NCBI GenBank assembly: GCA_934130485.1
Contig: CAKOYE010000002.1
Span: 1-62,618 of the forward strand
Source: an uncultured Bacilli bacterium
GTDB lineage: Bacteria > Bacillota_I > Bacilli_A > RF39 > UBA660
DNA length: 62,618 nt
Direction: 5' to 3'
Shown piece by piece: positions 10,211 through 20,263 of the stretch. The notes under the pieces were generated by a model. That model was given only the letters and a program-made list of their open reading frames with translations, was not told where the DNA came from and made no database searches. Each line of letters opens with the position of its first letter. The first letter of the stretch is position 1. The translations under genes were made by a program, and so were the position numbers.

Positions 10211-10708
10211 TTATTTTTCTTCATCATTTATTTCTTTATTTTTGAAAAGAATTAGTAAATCATTTATATCATTAATATAATAATTACCTGGATCGATTAA
10301 GTATAATTTACCATTATAAACAGTATTAGACTTATTTATATCTATTAGTCTTACACATAATTTATTAAGAATATCAATATCCTGTTTTATAATCATTAGT
10401 TCATTTAATAAATTTGCCATTTTATCGCTATAAATATCTTTTTCACCTTTTATATACATCATAGTATAACCAATTAATTCTTTATTACTAAATATTAGTG
10501 ATTCAGGCATTAAAATTCTTGATGTTTTTATAGATGATAAATATTTTAATTCTTTTGTGTTTTTATGTTCAAGTTTATAATCCTTTTTAAATGTTTTGTA
10601 AACATAATTTTCGTCGTTATATACAGTCATTTCAGAACCTTTTTGACTTAGTAGATGTAAAGATTGCATATCTATTAATTTTTTATCTTTCTCACAAATA
10701 ACTTCCAT
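10211..10708 (-). CDS. Protein-kinase-like / aminoglycoside-phosphotransferase-like fold protein (N-terminal part)
   Basis: 165 aa. YVYKTFKK provides a Lys in a beta3-like context. LIDINKSNTVY fits a D.N..N catalytic loop, and LYLIDPGNY is DFG-like. Confidence 0.45.
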   Translation of the reverse strand: MEVICEKDKKLIDMQSLHLLSQKGSEMTVYNDENYVYKTFKKDYKLEHKNTKELKYLSSIKTSRILMPESLIFSNKELIGYTMMYIKGEKDIYSDKMANLLNELMIIKQDIDILNKLCVRLIDINKSNTVYNGKLYLIDPGNYYINDINDLLILFKNKEINDEEK

Positions 10709-10713
10709 CTATA

Positions 10714-11322
10714 TTACCTCGATAAATATTGTTTAATATTACTTATTTTACTATATATGTCATACCAACTATAACATCTAATAATATTATTTCCAACACA
10801 ATTTTTGTTATATCCTGCGTGATAACATATAACTGGAATTTTCTTTGATATTTTGTTTATATTAGCAGGTTTATCTTCTATCATTATATCAATATTATTT
10901 TCTAGACATATACTAAGTTTATCTTCTGGACTAAATATTATTTTGTCATACTCAATTTCATTTCTTTTTAACCATTCTAAAACAATATTTCTATTTTCTT
11001 CTATACTCATCACACTAGCTGAATGAGATAAGAAGCTACCTCTTGCAGTAATAATATAAATTTCATTACCATCATGTTTTAATTTCTTTATTACTTCACT
11101 AGCAAATTTTCTCACATCAACATTTATGGAATAATCCTTAAAATAATAATTCCAAAACTCATCATCTAATTTACTATCAACTTTAAATATATCAGTTGTT
11201 TCATAACCTTCATTATTTATTATTTCTTTTCCATACCTTTCAAAGTAAAACTTACTTCCATAATCTAATTGCCACTGTTCTATATCTGTTAATACACCAT
11301 CTATATCTATTCCTATTCTCAT
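10714..11322 (-). CDS. HAD-superfamily 5'(3')-deoxyribonucleotidase-like hydrolase
   Basis: MRIGIDIDGVLTD carries HAD motif I (DxDxV). The 202-aa length fits the NT5C family. It is a paralogue of the N-terminus of the 59588..61018 product. Confidence 0.65.
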   Translation of the reverse strand: MRIGIDIDGVLTDIEQWQLDYGSKFYFERYGKEIINNEGYETTDIFKVDSKLDDEFWNYYFKDYSINVDVRKFASEVIKKLKHDGNEIYIITARGSFLSHSASVMSIEENRNIVLEWLKRNEIEYDKIIFSPEDKLSICLENNIDIMIEDKPANINKISKKIPVICYHAGYNKNCVGNNIIRCYSWYDIYSKISNIKQYLSR

Positions 11323-11429
11323 ATAACACCCCTTATCAGCAACTATATTGAGTATATCATAAAATTCTGTTTTATTTTCTTTAACTTGTATCTTTTTTGC
11401 TTATTCTTTCATTTTTTTATTTTTTTATT

Positions 11430-13253
11430 CTATCCAACTGTATGAATATTGCTAGTAAACGTAGAATCATATGTCCAATTTATTAAATCAGATGATATTA
11501 ATTTAACTTTCGTTGTTGATGAATCCCCCTGACTTAAAGTTATAATATATTCATTGTCTTTTTTTTCTATAAAATCTATATTACTAATATAAACCACTTC
11601 TTTGGGAATTTTATGTGCATATTCAACCCTTTCCCAAAAATTTCCTTTATCTTTTGTTATGTACATATATGGAAATTCATTTTCCTGGTTATTATTAAGT
11701 AAAACAATTCCATTGTTTTCATCATACATTATAAAATCTATCAATGTTTTATTTGTACAATTTTCAGGCAAATCAATACTTTCCCAATCCTTACCACTAT
11801 TTTTAGTCAAATATGCCTTTTTAAATTCACCACTTCCCATAGTCCAATCTGTACCTAATGCAACATATCCAAAATTTTGATCATTAAAACCAACAATTCT
11901 ATGTGTTATATCCTTATATATATCATTATTAATGATATCAAAGATTTTTTCACTCCAAGTAATACCATTATCAGTAGATATCTTTAACTTTGGCTGTTCC
12001 CCATAAAAATATGCGATAGGAATTAATTCATTTACAGAAATAAACCAACTACTGTTTTGAAGTGATATATCTCTATAAAAATTTAGTGTTTCTTTTACTT
12101 GATCAGATGACAAATCAGTTTCAATCCAATTATTTCCATAATCTCTCGTAAAAAGTAATTGATTTTTACCATTTATATAATAATCAGTTTCCATTGTATA
12201 ATCTATTCTTTTGATATCACCATCTACATTATCAAATATATATTTATACATTTCATCAGCAGTAACACTACTGCCATCACTAAGTGTAATAACCAAGTAA
12301 ATACCAGGTGTTATAGTACCACCTTTGCCTGCTTCATAATCATCTAAAGTCAATGCTTTAATTTTCTTATTATCTCTCATATCAAATACATTAGTTACTT
12401 CTGAAAATTTCTGATTAGATTGAATTGAAACTTCATAAAACCTTAAGTTACTTAATTTTATTTGTTCTCTAAAAGGAATTTTTTTAATTTGGTTACTTAA
12501 ATACTTAATGTTTAAACTTTTAAAGTATTCTCTAACTAACATTTTATTGATTGTGCAATCACTTACAGTTTTACAATTCTCTTTTCTTTCATAGCCAAAT
12601 TCTAAATTTTTATCTTTATAGTTATAATAACCGCTACCAACATAATTATAATCATTATCAAAATAATTAACTGCCATATCAATTCTTTTTATATTTCCTT
12701 TTTTGTTTAACTTAATACTTAAGAACACTATATTAGAGTTTAAATTTTTCACTTCTTCAGTCTTAGACATAATACTTATAAATTCGTCTAATCCATCTTT
12801 CTCTAAGTTAGAAGTACCAAATATTCCAATTTCATAATGATTATTTCCTTGTTTTATTATTGATGGATGATAATATTTATATCTTATGATAAGTACTAAA
12901 AACATAATTATAAAAATAGATATTGTTGTAATAGAGATTTTCTTTACTTTTCTTTTTGTTTCATTTTTCTTTTGTATTCTATTTTCTTCTATTATTGCAA
13001 TAGCCTTATCTATTTCCTCTTGAATATTTATTTTTTTATTTTTTCCTCGCTCTCCAAATAGTATTTCAGAAACATCAACATTAAGTTCCAATGCCAGTTT
13101 TTCTAAAATTTTAATATCTGGCAAACTAAGTCCACGTTCCCATTTACTTACTGCTTTATCAGTTACAAATAATCTTTCTCCAAGTTCTTGTTGAGTCAAT
13201 CCTTTTTCTTTTCTAAGAGACGCAATAAATTTACCAATTTTATTATTGTCCAT
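11430..13253 (-). CDS. Membrane-anchored XRE-family HTH regulator with extracytoplasmic BNR/Asp-box repeat domain
   Basis: The N-terminal segment LRKEKGLTQQELGERLFVTDKAVSKWERGLSLPD is a Cro/C1-type HTH. There is one TM (ISITTISIFIIMFLVLII). Four S/T-x-D-x-G-x-x-W boxes are present: TRDYGNNW, STDNGITW, TKNSGKDW, TKDKGNFW. Confidence 0.75.
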   Translation of the reverse strand: MDNNKIGKFIASLRKEKGLTQQELGERLFVTDKAVSKWERGLSLPDIKILEKLALELNVDVSEILFGERGKNKKINIQEEIDKAIAIIEENRIQKKNETKRKVKKISITTISIFIIMFLVLIIRYKYYHPSIIKQGNNHYEIGIFGTSNLEKDGLDEFISIMSKTEEVKNLNSNIVFLSIKLNKKGNIKRIDMAVNYFDNDYNYVGSGYYNYKDKNLEFGYERKENCKTVSDCTINKMLVREYFKSLNIKYLSNQIKKIPFREQIKLSNLRFYEVSIQSNQKFSEVTNVFDMRDNKKIKALTLDDYEAGKGGTITPGIYLVITLSDGSSVTADEMYKYIFDNVDGDIKRIDYTMETDYYINGKNQLLFTRDYGNNWIETDLSSDQVKETLNFYRDISLQNSSWFISVNELIPIAYFYGEQPKLKISTDNGITWSEKIFDIINNDIYKDITHRIVGFNDQNFGYVALGTDWTMGSGEFKKAYLTKNSGKDWESIDLPENCTNKTLIDFIMYDENNGIVLLNNNQENEFPYMYITKDKGNFWERVEYAHKIPKEVVYISNIDFIEKKDNEYIITLSQGDSSTTKVKLISSDLINWTYDSTFTSNIHTVG

Positions 13254-13565
13254 AATCTCTCACCTCACAATAATTATACTACAATATTACTAATTCAGTT
13301 CTCGACTAATAGTTTACCTATTATTTTTTTATTAAAAATTACTTTAGTTTTTATTTACATTATCTTAATATTGGCCACTTAAATAATGTATTATTTGTAT
13401 TGCATCTTTTCCCTATATTTTTTCAAATATTATTCTTAAAATTTTCTACACCTCATATTTTTGTAATACAATTTATTTCTATTTTTTCAATTCTACTTAC
13501 TATTAAAAAACACCTAATATCATTAAATATCCGGATGTTTGTAAAAGCGTACTTTTTCAAATATA

Positions 13566-13913
13566 TTATTTTTTATGCAATCCTAAATCATCACATATAA
13601 TGTTTTTAGAACCTTTAACTTTTTTACATGATAAGATAATTGCTTCGTCATACTTATCTTCTATCCTCAAATCATCGATGTTATAAGTGACATAATATGT
13701 AGTGTCTTTAATTGATTTGAAAAAGGCTGCTTTTCCATTTATACACAATGCGTCCTTTTCAATTTTATTATAATAACAACCATTAATTCCTAAAAAATTT
13801 ATTCCAATTGAACTAAACCAATTTAATTTATATCCAATAAGTAGAGGAACTGCAAGAAAAATAATTATTGATAAAACGCATGTTATAACACTATTATTAC
13901 TATTTTCTTCCAC
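13566..13913 (-). CDS. Small membrane-anchored hypothetical protein
   Basis: 115-aa ORF with a GTG start in the ORF track and one N-terminal TM segment. The start codon is uncertain. Confidence 0.4.
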   Translation of the reverse strand: MEENSNNSVITCVLSIIIFLAVPLLIGYKLNWFSSIGINFLGINGCYYNKIEKDALCINGKAAFFKSIKDTTYYVTYNIDDLRIEDKYDEAIILSCKKVKGSKNIICDDLGLHKK

Positions 13914-14247
13914 ATTTTTATCAGTTTGTTATATGTCAGTTACATCATCATACTTTATTTTCTCTTCTGATATACTGCTATCACCATTTATAATTTTTGA
14001 TACATCTCTTATTTTGTCATTACTTATGATTATTTTATCTTTTTTCCCATTATAAATAAAATTTAAAGTAGTTGACATTCCATTATTATCTTTCTTACTA
14101 ATATATTTAAATTAAAAATCTTTCATATTATCTACATAAATATAACAAATATTATATATATCATTAAAAAACTTTAATTAAGTTATCACTAAAAAATTAA
14201 AATGCCACATAGAGCATTTTCATTACCCAAAAAGTCCATAAAATAAA

Positions 14248-14279
14248 CAAAAATGAGAGCTTTCGCTCCCTTCAGGGGG
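14248..14279. repeat. Candidate attL core, also a minus-strand terminator hairpin
   Basis: The sequence is CAAAAATGAGAGC-tttc-GCTCCCTTCAGGGGG. It shares the 12-nt AAAAATGAGAGC and the CTTCAGGGGG block with 25596..25638. On the minus strand it forms a GNRA-looped hairpin followed by a T-run. Confidence 0.5.
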
Positions 14280-14384
14280 CTCGTCCTTTTATTCTTTGTA
14301 TGTGTTAATTCCTTTTAACTTCGGCCTTTTATGGAATTTTTATTTTAGTAATAACCTTATTAATTTGGTATTTATTAGTCTGTT

Positions 14385-14404
14385 GGTACCTAAATGGTAC
14401 CTAA
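14385..14404. promoter_or_regulatory. Tandem GGTACCTAA sites (candidate integrase arm-type sites, P' arm)
   Basis: GGTACCTAAATGGTACCTAA differs at one position from 25528..25547 (GGTACCTAATTGGTACCTAA). Confidence 0.45.
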
Positions 14405-14441
14405 AAATGGAAAACCCCAGATTAACTCCAGGGCATTTTTA

Positions 14442-14567
14442 CTACTTTCTTCTATTAGAAAGAGCACTTCCAGCTACACTTTTAGTTGCTTTTGTTGTAG
14501 CTTTACTTCTAAGTTGACTACTTGCCTTTTTTGCAACTGACTTAGAAGTCCTTATTTTATTTGCCAT
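14442..14567 (-). CDS. Small basic protein (41 aa)
   Basis: MANKIRTSKSVAKKASSQLRSKATTKATKSVAGSALSNRRK, preceded by GAAAGGAGAG 7 nt upstream. The longer 91-aa version in the ORF track has no SD. Confidence 0.4.
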   Translation of the reverse strand: MANKIRTSKSVAKKASSQLRSKATTKATKSVAGSALSNRRK

Positions 14568-14895
14568 TCCTAACTCTCCTTTCTTAGCCAAGATTTTCGT
14601 TTGACAATAAGAAAGGTTACTACAATAAAGACATCTTGCTATTAAGACAATAATCCTATATAATAGTATTGTAATAATAAGTTGTTTATTTATTGCTGTG
14701 CATTGGGTGTGGCACATAAATTAGCCTTTCTTTATTGTTCAAAGAATGGCTTTTTTTGTGCAAAAAACAACATTAAACCGTTGTATTTTTAGCACACCTT
14801 AATTATAGCATCTTATTGCTTATTTTACCATAATTAACTTGACTTTTTTTATTATTTAAGTGATTAATACTACAGCTTGAAAGGAGAATAAAAAT

Positions 14896-15141
14896 ATGAT
14901 TAATAATATAGTATTAACAGGATACTTCATTGGATTTGAAAATAATAATCTATTGCTAAAAATTGATAGTTGTGAAAATCATCAAATAGTAAAAATACTG
15001 ATTAACAAGTTAATAAGAAAGGAGATAAAGAAAAGATTCAAAGTTAATGATTTGATTGGTATAAAAGGATACATAGAAATTGATGATAATAATAAAGCAA
15101 TAATAATAGCAACTAATATTTCGTTTTTAAGTAATAAATAA
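14896..15141 (+). CDS. Small OB-fold/SSB-like protein (tentative)
   Basis: 81 aa with AAGGAGA upstream. The N-terminus MINNIVLTGYFIG resembles the SSB start (N-V-L-G-L). The protein is otherwise unassigned. Confidence 0.35.
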   Translation: MINNIVLTGYFIGFENNNLLLKIDSCENHQIVKILINKLIRKEIKKRFKVNDLIGIKGYIEIDDNNKAIIIATNISFLSNK

Positions 15142-15170
15142 AAAAGCCTAGATAAAATTCCAAGCTTCTT

Positions 15171-15920
15171 TTATTTGTAGTTATTAACTATATATGTTAA
15201 TCTATCTATTATTTTTTTGTCTAAAACTTCTTTATTCAAGCTATCAATCATCAACTTACCACTACACATATTCATTGACTTTATCATTTCTATAAATTGA
15301 GTTCTTGATAGATTAGTATTATTGTTTTCTTCAAAAGATTTTATATTATATAGAAAACTTCTTAATAAAAATCTATTATTAGAAAAATTACTACCAAATA
15401 AAGGAAAACCTTTACCATTAAAATCTTTTGATAAATATTCAGTTAATTCATAGTGATTATTCTCGTTAGTTTCATCGTAAGTTAATCTTCCAATCCACCA
15501 TAACCTAGCTAATCCATTAGTCATAAGTGACCTTTTTTCGCCATGCGCAAAGAAATAATTCTTCTTTATATATTTTGCTTTATCTGACGCCTTATCAACA
15601 GGCCATCTTTTTTGCATATAATTCCAAAATATATCATGACACAAGCCAGCCCATAACCTTTCATCGCTAGCTTGACTATCCGTTAATTTTTGCATATTTG
15701 AATATATGATTTTAATATTCTCTAAATCATCTTTTTCAGGATTATCTGAAATGATTAAATCAAAATCTGGAAATTCATATTTAAAATCAATAAAATTATT
15801 ATTATCACTTGTAACCTCTTTTATCCAAAGTGTATTAGCCGAAGAATAATTATCAACATTATCTTTAATTGAATCTTTTAAGATATACAATGAATCATTT
15901 TTCAAAAATCTTATTTTCAT
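15171..15920 (-). CDS. Hypothetical protein, last gene of the candidate defence operon
   Basis: 249 aa with an AGGAGG SD. Only 1 nt separates it from the upstream stop. Trp-rich conserved-looking blocks (ERLWAGLCHDIFWNYM, GLARLWWIGRL). I could not assign a family. Confidence 0.6.
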   Translation of the reverse strand: MKIRFLKNDSLYILKDSIKDNVDNYSSANTLWIKEVTSDNNNFIDFKYEFPDFDLIISDNPEKDDLENIKIIYSNMQKLTDSQASDERLWAGLCHDIFWNYMQKRWPVDKASDKAKYIKKNYFFAHGEKRSLMTNGLARLWWIGRLTYDETNENNHYELTEYLSKDFNGKGFPLFGSNFSNNRFLLRSFLYNIKSFEENNNTNLSRTQFIEMIKSMNMCSGKLMIDSLNKEVLDKKIIDRLTYIVNNYK

Positions 15921-15921
15921 A

Positions 15922-16791
15922 CTAATTACCTCCTATTGATAACAAATTCTTCAATGACATTTCCATTGGACATTCAATGATTTCTTGTGCTAGTGAAAAA
16001 GAATCTTGATTTTTTAATTCATCATAATCAAACTTTTTATTTAATGTATCAAATTTTTTTGATAATGCTTTAAACCATCTTTTATCTTCATATGTATAGA
16101 ATGTTTCTATATCACTTTTTAAAATATCAAAAACATGAGTCAAAGCAGGAATAATAATCATTGAATGGAGTATTGGTGTATAATCTGAAATTCCCCTACC
16201 TAATTCAGAATAGTTTTGATAATCATTTTTTTGAAGTCTTACCCTTATTTTATTATTATCATCCATATCAATATATATCTTGTGATCTGTTTCGCTGGTA
16301 TAAGGTACAATTGAAATTATTGAAGGAACGTTAGATAAATCATAAATGTTTTTTTCAACGGGAATATCTGGTTGATTTGAAATAGCTAAAACTGATCCTA
16401 TTTCAACATCGAATTTAGATGTTCCATAATCTGGATTAAATGATTTGGAATAATAACCTGATATATTTTCATTCGCCACAATGAATGCTACTATTTGTAA
16501 TTGTTCATTAATATCTGCATTAGGTATTTCGAAATCATTTTCTCCTATAATCAAATCTTTTATATATCTTAACTTTGTTTTCTGACATTCAAAATGACAA
16601 ACAATTTTAGCCTTATTAGTATCAATCAACGAAAGTAATTCATTGTTATTCAAATCACAATTGATATTAAGTAACAAGTTTTTTGTTTTCTTAAAAGCTT
16701 TTACTCTTATATTAAAACTACTATTTATATAATCATCATACATTGCAGACAGTACTGGATATGAATATAATCTACTGCTTTTAATTTTCAT
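15922..16791 (-). CDS. Hypothetical protein of the candidate defence operon
   Basis: 289 aa with a GGAGG SD. Its start overlaps the GHKL ATPase gene by 11 nt, suggesting translational coupling. Confidence 0.6.
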   Translation of the reverse strand: MKIKSSRLYSYPVLSAMYDDYINSSFNIRVKAFKKTKNLLLNINCDLNNNELLSLIDTNKAKIVCHFECQKTKLRYIKDLIIGENDFEIPNADINEQLQIVAFIVANENISGYYSKSFNPDYGTSKFDVEIGSVLAISNQPDIPVEKNIYDLSNVPSIISIVPYTSETDHKIYIDMDDNNKIRVRLQKNDYQNYSELGRGISDYTPILHSMIIIPALTHVFDILKSDIETFYTYEDKRWFKALSKKFDTLNKKFDYDELKNQDSFSLAQEIIECPMEMSLKNLLSIGGN

Positions 16792-18733
16792 ATACTTTTA
16801 CCTCCAATGCCCAATTTTCTGTTTCTTTTAAAGTAAATTGTATTCTTTTTGGTTCATTTTTATTTACCTTACCAACTTCTATTATATTTCCATTGAATTT
16901 TACACCTGAGCCAGAGAATAGTCTTCTTTCTCCACACGCTTCTATTATTTCTGGTTTATAATTTACTAATTCTCCTGCTATTTCTACTGTTATCTTAGCA
17001 TTTTGTAAATCTATTGGAGAAACAAACATAAACTCATATTTCCCATTTGTATACATACATCTACTCTTAGTTGTAAGGACATTTTTTCCTGAAGGAACAT
17101 TTATAGTTCCCTTATCATTATTTGCAGATCCAGGAGTACCTTTTCCACCATCACTTTCATTTGGATCTCCTTGGCCATAATTTCCCTCTTCTTCTCCATA
17201 AGCATACGCTTGTCCTCCAGCAGAATCATCATCTTGATTTTCATCTTCAATATTTATATTATCATTTTTTACAATTGGTTTTTCTTTTACTTCTATTTCT
17301 TCCAATATATCATCTACGATATTTTCAGTTGATTCATTATTTGATCCGTCATCAAATTCATCTGGCAGAAACTCTCCTACTCCCTCTGCATCCATTGATT
17401 CAGGTATAGAGCTTTCAACGTATTTTCTAATAGTAGCTCTAACAAAATCAAATAATTTATTATATTCTTTTCTCGCTGTCTTTTCATCATCCATCTTCGA
17501 AGGATACCATTCATCATGTTTTGGATTCTCCATTTGCCTAAAGTATGCATTTACTTCCTTACCTACTAATTTCAATACGCCGCAATAAAATGAAATCTGT
17601 GGAAGTTTATCTTTATCAAATATTTTCATTCCTGTCCCTTTAATAATACCAACTCTATTTTTAAAATTTGGATCAAAGGCTATATCAAAAGATACATCAT
17701 CAGGATCGAACATAGAAAATGTTTCGTGCTTTGTTTCATACTTATCACTAACTAATATATCAAAGTAGTCAATTGTATATTGATTAAACATATCAGAATT
17801 ATTACTATAAATATAACCAAATCTTTCAGAAATAGTTTTATTATTTAATTCCAAATCATTTATTTTAACAATAAGTTTTTTATCTAAAATTGAAACAAAA
17901 TAATTATCAATAATAGAAGCAGCTACATCAATAACCCATCCCTCATTGTCATCATCAGGTATTTCATTACTTTTATTTCTATCATCAAAACCTAAAATAT
18001 ATATATCTGTTCCAGATTCTTTTCTATCATCAAAAGATGGATCTATGAATAATTGTTCATTCATACTATCCAATCTAATTCCAAATTCTGTATTTTTTAT
18101 TACACCATAATATCCTGTCCCTTGGGTAATATTACCATCATCAAGCTCACAAGATGATAATTTTGAAACTCCCTGTGATGCAACAAGCCCTTTTTCATCT
18201 AAGGTACTATAAAATACTGTATGTAATTTGGAGCAGGCAAAAGCAGCATTTTTACCTATACCAAAAGAACCTCCTGATGTTGTTGGATTATCAGAAAAAC
18301 CCTCACTTTTAACTAATCTATCCCACTTTGAATCTATTTCTCTATCACTACCTGTTAATCCACTTGTATTAAAATCGCTAACGCGAAGACATAATAATTC
18401 ATCACTTTCTAAAAGTTTTTTTGCTTCTGAATAAAAATTAATTGGTGTCTTATCATTTTTATAATATTTCTTAGCATATTCAATTTCCTTATCAAGGATA
18501 TCCGAAAAAATTTTTTTACCCATAATTTCTTCTTTTTTTAAACGGAAACTTCTAAAAACAACGGTAACCGGATCATTATTTGTATCTTTCTTTGCATCTA
18601 ACGAATTTTGACATATTTCTCTAGCTAAAGACAATAACGTATCATCATTAAAGAATTGTATTCCTGATTCATTAAATCCTGTTTTCTTTCCACCACCTGT
18701 AGTAGGAAAAGACCAATTTACTTCATTATTCAT
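16781..18733 (-). CDS. GHKL-superfamily ATPase (sacsin/MORC-like HATPase) with acidic linker and C-terminal beta-rich domain
   Basis: 650 aa. N-box is AREICQNSLDA (E...N..DA). The G1-like motif is VSDFNTSGLTG. The G2 box GGSFGIGKNAAFACS resembles the sacsin-type GxFGxGF motif. An acidic low-complexity stretch spans about aa 455-540. An AGGGGG SD is present. Confidence 0.7.
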   Translation of the reverse strand: MNNEVNWSFPTTGGGKKTGFNESGIQFFNDDTLLSLAREICQNSLDAKKDTNNDPVTVVFRSFRLKKEEIMGKKIFSDILDKEIEYAKKYYKNDKTPINFYSEAKKLLESDELLCLRVSDFNTSGLTGSDREIDSKWDRLVKSEGFSDNPTTSGGSFGIGKNAAFACSKLHTVFYSTLDEKGLVASQGVSKLSSCELDDGNITQGTGYYGVIKNTEFGIRLDSMNEQLFIDPSFDDRKESGTDIYILGFDDRNKSNEIPDDDNEGWVIDVAASIIDNYFVSILDKKLIVKINDLELNNKTISERFGYIYSNNSDMFNQYTIDYFDILVSDKYETKHETFSMFDPDDVSFDIAFDPNFKNRVGIIKGTGMKIFDKDKLPQISFYCGVLKLVGKEVNAYFRQMENPKHDEWYPSKMDDEKTARKEYNKLFDFVRATIRKYVESSIPESMDAEGVGEFLPDEFDDGSNNESTENIVDDILEEIEVKEKPIVKNDNINIEDENQDDDSAGGQAYAYGEEEGNYGQGDPNESDGGKGTPGSANNDKGTINVPSGKNVLTTKSRCMYTNGKYEFMFVSPIDLQNAKITVEIAGELVNYKPEIIEACGERRLFSGSGVKFNGNIIEVGKVNKNEPKRIQFTLKETENWALEVKVYEN

Positions 18734-18737
18734 GGAA

Positions 18738-18962
18738 CTACCCCCTAAGTGAAAATTCTTTCTTTCTAGATTTAGCTTCAGAAAATTTCATTTTTGTATT
18801 TCTTAGTTCTTGTTCAATAGCGGAAAATATTTTTTTTACTTCCTCATCCGTATAATCATAATTTGATTTATTAGAACAATTTCCAAGCAATTTAAGTGTA
18901 CTTATTATCTTGTTAGTTCTATTCTCAGCTATCTTTATAAACCTTTCTCTTTTTTGATTCAT
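18738..18962 (-). CDS. Small helical protein (74 aa), first gene of the ATPase sub-operon
   Basis: MNQKRERFIKIAENRTNKII..., with GAGGTGA upstream. The stop lies 4 nt before the ATPase start. Confidence 0.5.
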   Translation of the reverse strand: MNQKRERFIKIAENRTNKIISTLKLLGNCSNKSNYDYTDEEVKKIFSAIEQELRNTKMKFSEAKSRKKEFSLRG

Positions 18963-19094
18963 AGAAATCACCTCGCATATAAAATAACACATTTTTGAAA
19001 TATTTGCAATATATTTCTCAAATATTGTTAATTATCTGTAATATATATTTAATACATTTTTCACATATTGTGTAAAAAGCAAATAAAAAGAGCA

Positions 19095-20255
19095 TTAAAT
19101 TGCTCCATTGTCGTCTGTTGTTTTAATTGATACTTTATATGATGTTGGTGTGATATCAAAAGTATCATATAAGCTTGCATCAACAACATAACCTTTTGTT
19201 TTTTTACCATTTTTATATATTCTGTATAGTTTATAATTATCAGGATGATTTTTTGCAAATTCCAATTCATTGCTAGACATTTCAAAGTCAGATGTTAAAG
19301 ATGAACTTGTGCTCTTTACTTCTATATATATTTCTTTTACACTACCATTTTCTATTTCAAATGATTGAATATCATATCCAAAGCCATCACCAGAATCTCT
19401 TGATATCCATTTTATTTTTTCGGCCAGATCTGATCTACCCAATTCAATAAGTTTGTTTTTCTCATATTCATATACTAAAGCCTCTCCAACATAACCATTA
19501 TCTAATTTCTTTTTATAATCATTAACATATGATTCAAAATCACTTTTTCTGATATACACCTTATCAGAATTATTCTTTCTCTTGGTTTTTGTAGGTATAT
19601 CGAAAGACATTTCTAATGAAACTTCCTCATCATCTATAGCTGGTTTTTCTGTTTCCTCTGTTAATATTTTAGATACTTTTTCTTCTTCTATATCTATTTC
19701 ATTTTTATTATTAGTTTCTTCAATTGTATCTTCTATAGGTTCATCATTATTTTTTAGATATAGTCTAGTAACTCCATCTGTAACAACAAAATTTATTTCG
19801 TCTTTATAACTGTCTTTATGTGAAACAAAATTTCTAATAATTTGTTCAATTTTCATTTCGCCTGGTCTTGTTTTACTTTCTAATTGATCTGCTTCCGTAA
19901 GTTTTCCATCTAAAATATTTAATAAGGATTTTTGAATTGTTGTAATATCAATACCTGGAAATTCTTTGATTAACTGAAAAACATACTCTTTTATCTCGCG
20001 TTCACCCGTAATCTTATTTCTCCAAAGGCCTGAATTAAATGATTGTGTTTCAAATAAATCTTCTTTGCCAAGATAGTTTTTATATTCCGAACAATGTTCT
20101 TGTAATCGAGCTCTAACTTGGGCTTCTAAAGCTTCATCTTGATCACAATTTCTGATTCTTGATACTTCTTCATATATCTCTGATAATTGTGCATATTTAG
20201 ATCCTTTTTTTGATGTAAGAATATTATTAATTGCAATAACTATATCATTTTTCAT
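19095..20255 (-). CDS. DUF3883-like PD-(D/E)xK nuclease-fold protein with N-terminal winged-helix-like regions
   Basis: 386 aa. The C-terminal segment reads GYVGEALVYEYEKNKL...GFGYDIQSFE...IYIEVKSTSS...FEMSSNELEFA...YKLYRIY, giving an E / D / ExK arrangement typical of DUF3883 (the NO VEIN C-terminal domain). An AGGAGG SD is present. Confidence 0.65.
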   Translation of the reverse strand: MKNDIVIAINNILTSKKGSKYAQLSEIYEEVSRIRNCDQDEALEAQVRARLQEHCSEYKNYLGKEDLFETQSFNSGLWRNKITGEREIKEYVFQLIKEFPGIDITTIQKSLLNILDGKLTEADQLESKTRPGEMKIEQIIRNFVSHKDSYKDEINFVVTDGVTRLYLKNNDEPIEDTIEETNNKNEIDIEEEKVSKILTEETEKPAIDDEEVSLEMSFDIPTKTKRKNNSDKVYIRKSDFESYVNDYKKKLDNGYVGEALVYEYEKNKLIELGRSDLAEKIKWISRDSGDGFGYDIQSFEIENGSVKEIYIEVKSTSSSLTSDFEMSSNELEFAKNHPDNYKLYRIYKNGKKTKGYVVDASLYDTFDITPTSYKVSIKTTDDNGAI

Positions 20256-20263
20256 AGTACCTC

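Noticed and set aside
13188-13600. Plus-strand ORFs 13188..13382 and 13400..13600, and 14296..14517.
   Set aside because: They are hydrophobic low-complexity translations of AT-rich intergenic or antisense DNA without ribosome-binding sites. 14296..14517 also runs through the att-like/arm-site region and is antisense to the SD-supported small gene.
14200-14300. A tRNA or tmRNA gene as the integration target at the island ends (also checked 25560..25745).
   Set aside because: I found no cloverleaf-compatible sequence and no GTTCGAATC/T-loop-like motif at either end. The repeats coincide with terminator hairpins instead.
19061-19285. 74-aa same-strand ORF overlapping the 3' end of the DUF3883 gene, and the similar 68-aa ORF at 40950..41156 inside the HExxH gene.
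   Set aside because: These are out-of-frame overlaps with well-supported genes. They have no SD and implausible composition.
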